From the NCBI GenBank assembly GCA_012295275.1, contig CM022671.1, positions 27,900,001 to 27,964,000 of the forward strand: 64,000 nt of DNA, written 5' to 3'. Source of the DNA: Chrysomallon squamiferum (taxonomy: Eukaryota > Animalia > Mollusca). The translations under genes and the position numbers were made by a program. The notes under the pieces were generated by a model. It was not told the DNA's origin, ran no database searches, and saw nothing but the letters and a program-made list of their open reading frames with translations. Positions 54,105 to 64,000 of this stretch are shown piece after piece; the stretch's first letter is position 1; each line of letters opens with the position of its first letter.

Positions 54105-56577
54105 CTGCTTTTAAAATATAAGTGGATTTTCCGTTTCTAATGATGTGTATTTACCTGTGATAAAACTTCGAGAAATACATCGAATATGGAGAAGGCTAAA
54201 CGATGACGCGCACGCATCATTTAGCACATGTACATTCAGCTACATTAATAAAATATGTATAGAACATATATCTAAATAGCATGAACGACGATATAGTCTA
54301 GTGATATGTAATTAAGTTCTTTCGATGATAAGAAAAGATAAAAGAACAAAAGCGCAGCAACAATATAAATAAACAGTAAATTTAAAAAGAACCCCCAAAA
54401 TCTGTTAAATAAGCAGATAATTAATTTCTGTATAATAAAATTTCCAGTGGCATATCCTGGTGAATTTCTGTGGTTCATTAGTGAATATCGCAATTAATTA
54501 TACGCCATTACAACGTAACTTGGTCGATTTTTGCGGTTCTAACGAAGCTGATTAACGTGGATGAAAAGCATCGCAAAGCGAAATCACTGTTCAGTGAAAC
54601 AGCATTAATCTGCTCGAATGTCTCTTAGATGAAAAGAATTTCTTGCCAGCTGGAAATTTACCGATCTAAGACTGAACATTTTTATATGCAGCAATTAAAT
54701 CAACTCTCCATACTAAACACACTCAGAGCCAGAAGAGAGCATCCGAGACTGGAACCTATCGCTATTTTTTGAAAAATGATGTTTTTCATTATTTATTTAT
54801 TTATTTATTTTTGAATTACATTTCATCTTCAAAGTTAAAAATTAAAAATTTAAAAACAGAACCACGATGCATTCACCATTCAGTTTTATTATCTTCAGTG
54901 ACTGGAACAAGAATCTCTGTGTTTAACATTTTCCTTTCAACAGAACAATTTTTTGACCTGTTGCCTTTCTACCTTGCAAACAGATCTGTTCAGAGATTGA
55001 ATTAGACGTAAATAAATTCATGGTTTTTAAACATAGACGCGTTATTGTTTCATACTCTCAGTGCAATCACTTGTAACTGTAACGTACAGAGTGCTACATG
55101 TATTTTCGTATTTCGTTTATTTAAGTCATCGAACTCTCGTGTATTATTTAATAAACATCCGTGTATTTCGTTCCAAAAATACACAACAGTAAACATTCAA
55201 GAAAACTGTTACGTTCTTCAGCACGAATATTTCTTGTACACTACTTGATGATTTATACACGTCAGAAAATTCTTTTACTTGTGTGAATTTGGTGTGTTGT
55301 GGTATTGTTTCCCGACTGATTTTGACATGTATTGACACCAGATCTCCAGTTTGTTTGTAACACCATCTGAAGATGGATGTTTGTGTAAATGTCTGTACGT
55401 CACTACTGACGATAGCAAGAACCCTTTCACCTTAATGTTTTGTAAACACTACATCAACACTTCAGTGCCATTAGCTTATTAGCAGCAGTACATTGGTCGT
55501 AAAATACATAACCATACATAATGTAACATGCATCTGCAATTTGCTACAACAACAAAAAAAACTGTATATACCCGTTGCTTCATAACTTAGTATCGTCTGT
55601 CGTTATAAATTCATGATTAAAGATAACTACATTTTCCCTACATGTTTATTTATTTATTTAATTATTTATTACTGATAATGAAACTCCTTTTATTTCGAAA
55701 GTTAAAATTATCACAATGATAAAGCATTATTTCCTTTGTGAAATTTTCTATCAGCAAGTGTTTTTTTTTTTGTTTTTTTTTAATTATAATTACATACAAA
55801 TATTATTGCAACGTCAAGTGTATAAGGTACGCTATTTGTATTAAATATTTCTATTTGTTGTAATTTTATTTATTTATTTATTTTTTTTTTTTTTTGAATT
55901 TGATGCATTACCTCTGTTTCTCAAATATCTTTTATTTTTTCTCCTTTTATTTTTTTCCCACGAAATTACATGACAGTAAACACTCAAGTAAATTCTCTTT
56001 CTTCTTCATCAGTCCTTATCCACTACTTGACGATTTGCGCACCTAACAATTTGAGATGTCTTACTAATCCATTTTACACAGGATCTCAGCAGTTATTTAT
56101 TTGTTTAGAATATTATTATTTTTATGACTTTTAACGACGTTTAACTGTCGACAAATTTCAAAATGATATAATTTATTCTATGCTAGATCTTACGTTTCGC
56201 ATCTAAATTGCTTCGAGCCCTTCAATCGACACTCGTTATTTTTTCAACATTATCCTGTCATCGCCTCGTATAGCCTACCCAGCGGGCATGCCAGTTACCT
56301 AATAACCATTGTTACTGGTTAAAACTACCATCAAAAATACTTTGACGTTCCACACTCTAAATCTACACAGACTGTAGCAGCGAGACGTCGATCAATGGCA
56401 GCCATTGTTGAAAGCAACGGAAATTAATGTCAAGAGGATGTGATCTGGCCCAGCAAGAAGCACATTAAAAAAATAAAATATAATTGTAACAATGCACATT
56501 AAAAAAAATAATAATAATAGTAAAATAGATATTATAAATGAAAACAAAATAATGAAAATAAATAAAACGAAAAATAG

Positions 56578-56580
<3 letters not shown>

Positions 56581-56626
<46 letters not shown>
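56581..56626. repeat. (CT)n microsatellite
   Basis: Perfect dinucleotide run followed by (AT)n. Confidence 0.97.
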
Positions 56627-56637
<11 letters not shown>

Positions 56638-59599
56638 ATAAATAAATAAATAATATTAAGACACCAGTTTTTGGAAGAAAAACATTTGGAAATTAGTTTC
56701 TAATAATTACGCTACCCTAAACATTATCTCTCTTCGTAATAAACATAGTTACAACAAACATCTTTTTGCTATTACAACCGTGTTTCTGAATTTACTGACG
56801 TTTTAGCAAGCATTTTTTTAAGCAAGATGGCTCATTGTAAATCATGATCCACATTTTTGTCTTATAATAAATCTTTAACATTTCTAATTGCATCATGAAA
56901 GATTACTACAATTATTTTCCTCTTTATGGTATCTTTGTTTGCCGCCTGGTTGCTCTAAGCTGTAAAAAAGAGAAGTAATAAACATTAAAGTGATGGCAGG
57001 AATCCTTCATGTTTGATCTTATCCTTAGGGCTTGACAAGAGCCTCTTATGAAATGCAGGAAAAAATAAACTAACTTCCTTGAAATGACGTATCAATACTA
57101 TTTACAACTGAATGAATAGAAATCGTATAAACAAAGGTTACTCTTTTTAATACATATAACATACCTGGAGGCAGTATACTAAACACAAAAACAAAAATTC
57201 AAAAGAATACCAATAAATGCCACCAAAGAAACAAAGCAGATGAGTCTATATCTTGTTACAAAATAATCAAAGAAAAACAACCAAAAAAAAAATTAAGCAT
57301 TACTGAACAAAAATTGCTGGGTTCGGAATAAACACTGAAATTTACAGATCTGTCCTTAAATACGTTACAAAGACACGGCAGGAAAAGTTGGAGATATTTA
57401 TTTGCCAACTTCAAAGATCCAGTCTTACTCACTTAATCTTTATCTTGATCTCAAGCAGGATGCGATGTATAGATGTAGTTATTAAAAGCAAATCAAAGAC
57501 AAGTTATTCAGTTAACTTAAGATTGGTTATTAACCTTCCTCACTCTTTTGATATCAAGTTCTTACTACGAGACCTTGTATAAACCACTTAATACTACACA
57601 AAGCATATACGTTTTGTGGTTTATTAACAGTTTTTTTAACATTTATTTTTGCAATTCTCACACTGAAATTTGCTGAAGTGTGAAAATTATTTGACCTACT
57701 CTACAATTACATTCACCCTCTGATATAAATAATTTATAAATCTGCACCCCAGTATAATATTATATTAATTTTATTCATTGGTGCTGTATATAAACAAAAA
57801 ATGCTAAATATAATGAAGGTCCTGAATATTGTTGTGATCTTTTAGCAATACAATTAAGTCCAGAAAAGCATGGACTCTGTAATTTGTTCTTACTTATCCT
57901 GCTTTTATTTTTTCCTGTGTCAGAACTTAGTTTCTTTCACACTCTTTATTTCATTAAACATCTCAAAATCAGCTCTTTGGTCTATTAACCTTAGTTAATT
58001 TAGAAACATTACCTGGCATAATTATAGCCCTTGTTCACTAGGTTTGAATGCTTTTAACCTCATTTTAGGGATGAAAAAAAAAAAAGAGAAAGAAGAATAA
58101 ACTGTTTGATGAAAACAGATAAATTATGTGCATTGCCACATGTAACAGAAATTCTTGTTTCTATAATGTGATAGAAAAATTTGAAAACAAATCCACTACT
58201 CAAAAAAAAAAAAAAAAAAAAAAAAAATAAAAGAAAAATAAAAGAAAGAAAGAAAAAAGAAAAACCAAACAGAAATAATAACTTTTTTTGATTTTTATTT
58301 TCATTTTATTTACATATTACATTAATATACATGAATGATGACAACTGATGTGTTATTAAAAATGACACAAAGTTTTTATGACTGCACCAATCTTTATACA
58401 AAAAGAACATCATTTTCTCATGCAGTTATTCTGGATTTTGATGTCCAAATATTATCGGGTACCAAGTCTGGAGGGAACAAATGTAAGAAGTTAAACATTT
58501 TTTTGTTTTCTTTGTTTTGGTTACCCACCACACTAAAACAACTAATACATGGATTAAATGAACATTTCAGTGAAAGATTGTGAAAAGAATGTAACAATAT
58601 TAGGATTTACAAATAAAGAAATTGTCACTATCTGTGTGTTTTGGATGCTGTTCAAAATATAAATAATTAATTAAATAAGAAACCCCAACTACAAAATAGA
58701 TTTTGAAACATCTAAAAACAAGTCAGAAGTTTTGTATAATAAATTAAAAGACACTTTGATCTTATTTAATTGCAAATAAAATAAACTTGTTAATAGTTAA
58801 TGCATTTGATGCAATTATAGGAATATTTTTGACAAACAAGTAATTTGAACATTGTTCAAAGAACTTGAACCCTGAAGATTTTCTGTACCATCCCTTTGTT
58901 TAGCTCACACCAGTTATGCCAGTTCCCTCCATCCCTTTCACAAAAATATATATATATATATACACTCTCACACACACATGTACATATAAACCTGGAGTGT
59001 AATTATCAGTTTTCAATACACATGCTGGAAATAACAGATGAAATTACTCTTCCTTTTAAGAAAAAAAAAAAAAAAAAAACTAATTTCACATCCATAACAT
59101 AGCTGTTCTTTAGAACGAATCATAAACATGTTTAAATCTGTAACTTGCATCTGGCTGACTAAGCAACCAAACAAACAATTAAATGGTGGCAGTCCACAAA
59201 AAATATATTCTTCATTCCTGGCACAAAATGGTTTTCTGAGTATGCTATTCCACAGAAGTGTTTTGAAGGTATGCCATAATTGTTATAATAATTTTTTTCC
59301 CCTAAAGCAATAAATAGCAGCTGGTATGCAAGAAAATAAATGTTTCTTCTGTACATAACAAGTTTGCCAAAATTTACCCCTAAAAAATATGCAGGATACC
59401 TGTTATTTCCTTATATATTATTGTTATTAAATAATAATTTTCTTTAAATTTAGTCTAAATGTGGAACGCTTTCTTTATGTGACTGCAAACTTAAATCTTA
59501 TAAAAACAGATTGAAAATCTATCATCTTTTATAAAGTATTCATTAATAACAATTGTCTAAGTATAATAATATTAAAACTGGTTTGAAACAGTCAGGAGG

Positions 59600-59701
59600 T
59601 TAATTGTATGTGTATGAATGAGTGTTTATTGCATGAGCTGTCATCTGTTATCAATATGACAATTATAGATTTGGGGAACAGGCTTTTCTCACAGACATCT
59701 C
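59600..59701 (-). other. Candidate terminal exon of an unidentified minus-strand neighbouring gene
   Basis: A strong acceptor (ttttgttcttgttttttgcag|GAGATGTCTGTGA) is followed about 70 nt later by AATAAA (59630-59625), inside the CpG-poor block. No recognisable protein. Confidence 0.3.
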
Positions 59702-60171
59702 CTGCAAAAAAACAAGAACAAAACTATTTATTATCAGCTAAATACATTTATTTATTAAGTAAGCTAAAGAAATAAACTAACAGTATATGATTTTAAAAAG
59801 AACACTTAGATTATGTCAGAGTCAGATGAACCTTAAAGTAACAAATTTCTTTAATAAAAATAAATAAATAAATAAATAAAAATTAAAAAACAACAACCCA
59901 ATAACATAGTAGTCATAATAATGCTAATTATGGTTATTATTGTTGCAGTGCTGTTGATATTGTTGATGATGATGGTGGTGAATTCTTTAGTCATAAAATC
60001 ATTTGATTCAGTCGACAGGATGCATAACAAAATCTCTTAAATATGTGTTTGTTATCTATAATACATACATACCCATGAATCCAACAGAGCAGTCAGAGAA
60101 AATTTATTAGGCATGTGAAGTACAGAGGAAGACAGATAAGCCTGGACACTTTGGAAGAATGGACTAGACTC

Positions 60172-60205
<34 letters not shown>

Positions 60206-60280
60206 TTAAAAAAAAAAATGTTGAACACTACAGACTGACAAAATAATTTAACACCTCTGAGAAATAAAGTCACTTTTATC

Positions 60281-60528
60281 TCAACAAGCAAACAGTGACT
60301 GACAAAATTATAAGGTAATAAGATTATTAATAATAGGAAGAAAACTTGGAAGAAGTTACACACTTGTTTTGCTGTATTAGAGGTTATAATTCTTCTTTTT
60401 CTTTTCTCTCCTTTTTTTTTTTTCAACAAGCAAACAGTGACTGACAAAATTACAAGGTAATAAGATTATTAATAATAGGAAGAAAACTTGGAAGAAGTTA
60501 AACACTTGTTTTTGCTGTATAAGAGGTT
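60281..60528. repeat. Recent ~105-bp tandem duplication (60281-60385 and 60423-60528)
   Basis: tcaacaagcaaacagtgactgacaaaatta...gctgtat.agaggtt occurs twice, with about three substitutions and one 1-nt indel, separated by a pyrimidine-rich spacer. Confidence 0.95.
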
Positions 60529-61113
60529 TTTGCTTATTTAAAGTATCATGCTGTCTATATGAAGTCTAGTTGCCTGGTAAGAGATCGTTGATATACTCTT
60601 GATTTCAATAACCAGCTGTGATGTACAAGAAGAAAAAGTAAATGACATGCAGTTTTTCCACAAGTGATCTCACTGAAAGCACACTGCAGTGTCTATCACA
60701 AAATCTTCACAATTTGCCTGCATCTGAATTTAATGAGTTTTTTGTTTGTTTGTTCATTCAAATCTTTATCAGTTAGGCAAACAAACTCTGAACATGGGGC
60801 AGATGCTTAATGGAATTAAAGGTGAACATAAAACCAAGGAGTTTATGACTGCTATTAACAGTGATAAATTTCTTTCCTGTTTCTTTATCATTGTAATAAG
60901 GAAATTTTACTTTAATTAAATGTGGAGTAGTTAAAATAAATGTTAAATGAAACAAGATAAGATATTAAATGTTATTTTGCTGGGGTTTTGGGGTGGGTTT
61001 TTTTTAAACTTTTGCCTATTTCTCCCAAGCAAATAATACTGTTCAATAAATTGGCCATCACAGCTTTTTTTTTTTTTTTTTTAAATTGCCGTAATTATGT
61101 AAGCTCTTTCTCC

Positions 61114-61152
<39 letters not shown>

Positions 61153-62342
61153 TATATTTATGGTAATACAGTCATTCTGATTTTTATTTACTTAATTAAT
61201 GGTAAGATATCAATTTTAGAAGAAACATCTTCTATGTCTTTTATCACATCATTATGAACAATACAAAATAAAATCAATGTTTATCTTGACACTAATCCTG
61301 TGGGAGAATCCTTTAGTGCAAAACAAGAAACATTTGAACTGATCTTTATCAATGCACTGAAAAAAACTTAAAACATATATAACACATTTTCTCAACCTCT
61401 CTCACCAACAAATCAAACAATTTTAACAGGAACAATTTTTTTTCAAATGTGATCATCTCTACTTTTCATTTATTATAATTATATATATATATTTTTTTTT
61501 TTCACTTTTGTTTTCCATTCCATCAGAAAATCTCTGTCTGGTATCGATCAGAAAGAAAAAAGGAAATAACTAACATATTAAATATCATCTTCTGTCTTGA
61601 ACAAGACAGTAATCACTACCACTATAACAACATCATCGTGGTCAGGCCATCTTGAATAATACCATGGTAGATAACTCCCATACCAAGATGTCTGTGGAGA
61701 TTTACTACTGACATGTGTAGGGGATATGGTCATGACTGGTGGAGGTCACAGAGTTGATGCACCCCAAATATATCTCTCATGCATAATAAATAACATGTGT
61801 ATGATATTGTTTACTCACTGATAAGAAAGTCAAATATGTTTTGCATTTCTAAGGTAAGCTAAAATTGACCAGGTAGAGTTTGTTTGTACAACAAAAATCA
61901 TTTTCTTGTAACCTGTACACCTGGCTTAAATTTAAAAAAAAATATTTTTCTATGTTTAAGATATACAATTACATTTTTTAATGAAAACTGTTATTAGTTT
62001 TGTAAAACAGAACATCTGCTCGAAGAAGTGTTATTTAAATAAATTTTGAAGTGAGAATTTCATGTGTTTATTTTTGGAGAAAAAAAAAAGATAAATAAAA
62101 ATCTGTGAGCAGGCAAGTATGACAGAGAAGAAACCATTACTTTACTAATTTCTTACACATATGTAACATTATTAGTTCATTAAAATATTTATAAAAAGAT
62201 GTCTTTCAGTTGCATAATTTTACCATATTACTTTATAATTCTGGTCTTATTATCTATTTTATAATTACAAAAAAAAAAAAAAACGTATGATTAAAAACAC
62301 TTTTGCACTTTGTAATTAATTTAGATAATGAACAAAAAAAAA

Positions 62343-62377
<35 letters not shown>

Positions 62378-64000
62378 ATCCCAGAAATGACCTACTGATG
62401 ATGGACCAAAAAAAAATAAGCTGCACAATTTAAACAAGACTTTTTCATAACCAACACCTTTCAGAATGCCTTGAGGTAATGAAGTGTTCTGCAGCATCAA
62501 TTGTTTAAAAATATCTGCAGTCTGGTTTTTCGAAGACCACCCTAAAGAACTAGGAAAAGACAAGATCTTATTTACTGAAAGAAAGGTGCCTGTCTGTAGC
62601 TGAAAGTCAGCAGCTAATAATAAAGTTCTCTCCTGAAAACCAAGTCATTGTTTATTGACAATAGAAAAATGTTGGTCATATATATATATATATATATATA
62701 GATATATATTATTAGGTAGGCAGGTAGGTTAAATAAGTTTAAATACAATCTGCCAACATTAATATGGTATGAAACTATCTAATCTAACTCAGATGTATGT
62801 ATAAAATAAAAATAAAATAAATAAATTTAAAAAACATTGTTGCAGTATACTTTCAAATGGTTTACATGTTACTAGTCTTTATTTTGTTTTGCTTATTTAT
62901 TATTTATATTTAAAAAAAATTATATTGTTATTATTTATTTATTTATTTGTACTTAGTTAATATTATCTATAACCATTTGTGACAGATGTCAATAAAAAGC
63001 CAATACTTAAATATAAAACAAGTGTATAATGAGGATTAAATATGAATGTTTCTTACACTACATTAACCATGAACTGTATAATCACATTATTATTTACTGT
63101 CAACTGAGCTGATAGCTTGTTTCTATCAAATATTAATAAAAAAAAACGTTTTTAATAATAAAAATAATATGAAATATTTAACAACATTCTGCTTTGTTCA
63201 GATGCTTTAGAATGGTAACAATGTGAGCTTTTGGTTTGTAGGATGGTTTTCATAAAACCATTAAAACAGAAGTAGCTTGATTTTTGTTTTATCTTGGATA
63301 ACACTTTGGAAATATATTTCAGAACTGATTAGATGGGGTTGAATATCGAGTTATTTCTGAACCGACTGATTTTGTTAATAATGAAAACAAAATGACAATA
63401 TGAACACTTTATCATATTTTGCTGTTGCTAACAGCAAAGTCTGATGCAATAAACAATTCAACATCTGATGTAAAATGTATTCATTTACCTATTCTGCATT
63501 AGATGTGGTGATTAGTCTGCGCTCCAATCACAGTATTATGATAGCAGCACAATTAAAAAAAACAGAGAGACACAGACACACACACATACGTGTATTGAGA
63601 AAATGAAAGAATAAGAGATCTAAAGAGCGATGTAATAAAATACGTATGTAAAAATCTACATTAATGATTTAAAAAATGATTTTAATGACATAAATCATGT
63701 CAGTGCAAATCAATAATCTAACAGTGTTTTCTGAGAATATCAGTTGTAAACAATTTTTTCTTCATTTAAAGAGGCAGATTTTTTTAAACTTTTTTTTATT
63801 TATTAAAAATGGTGCCCACAAACAATCTGATAAAATAACAATCAAATTAAATGCATTTATTTATTGTACAAGTGCAAATCATTTGAACTATAATAAAAAA
63901 AAAATAGTAAAAAATATAAATCATTCATTTGTTACTTACTGAAATGGAGACTAATCTGTAATTTATAATTTATGCCTGTTGTAAATTTAATACAGGTAAA

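Noticed and set aside
9308-54140. Numerous ORF-track entries with SLSLSL, ERERER, THTHTH, YIYIY, poly-F/L/I/K/N
   Set aside because: These are translations of microsatellites and homopolymers.
55144-55421. About 90-codon stop-free minus-strand frame (GERVLAIVSSD...RMFIK)
   Set aside because: No ATG start, only a weak AAG acceptor, and no recognisable protein.
8400-57600. Search for a SERCA-regulating micropeptide (sarcolamban/phospholamban/sarcolipin type) next to SERCA
   Set aside because: The hydrophobic small ORFs I saw derive from (TAT)n, poly(T) or (GTA)n repeats, and none showed a convincing LFxxF..IL regulin pattern. A by-eye search cannot exclude a spliced or very short one.
61592-61609. 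Short perfect hairpins (ctgtcttg-aa-caagacag here; gcatgcca-cttta-tggcatgc near 6285)
   Set aside because: Stems of 8 bp are too short for pre-miRNA and are expected by chance. No known miRNA, tRNA or snoRNA was recognised in the window.
62321-62610. Possible minus-strand coding exon (WSSKNQTADIFKQLMLQNTSLPQGILKG)
   Set aside because: Several competing acceptors, only weak donors and no recognisable homology. It cannot be supported without transcripts.

Overview
AT-rich, microsatellite-dense animal genomic DNA. It is probably from a mollusc: a decayed SINE resembles gastropod Meta/MESC-type SINEs as I remember them, and CpG is distributed in a mosaic pattern. The only firmly identifiable gene is the 5' end of a SERCA Ca2+-ATPase on the minus strand. 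Three small coding exons (7858-7741, 7487-7470, 7324-7242; 118/18/83 nt) encode [73 protein letters not shown], and all three are missed by the ORF track. Intron 3 runs off the left edge (>7.2 kb). Upstream is a CRE/CCAAT/ERSE-like promoter, then about 49 kb of CpG-retaining, apparently non-coding DNA. This carries six perfect CRE palindromes, a strong CTCF site, MEF2/E-box/YY1 clusters, degenerate tandem arrays and small transposon relics. From about 57.6 kb to the end the sequence is CpG-poor again, probably the 3' part of an unidentified neighbouring gene. Nearly all ORFs in the supplied track are microsatellite or low-complexity artefacts. I found no convincing novel multi-gene system; the best leads are regulatory and are modest.
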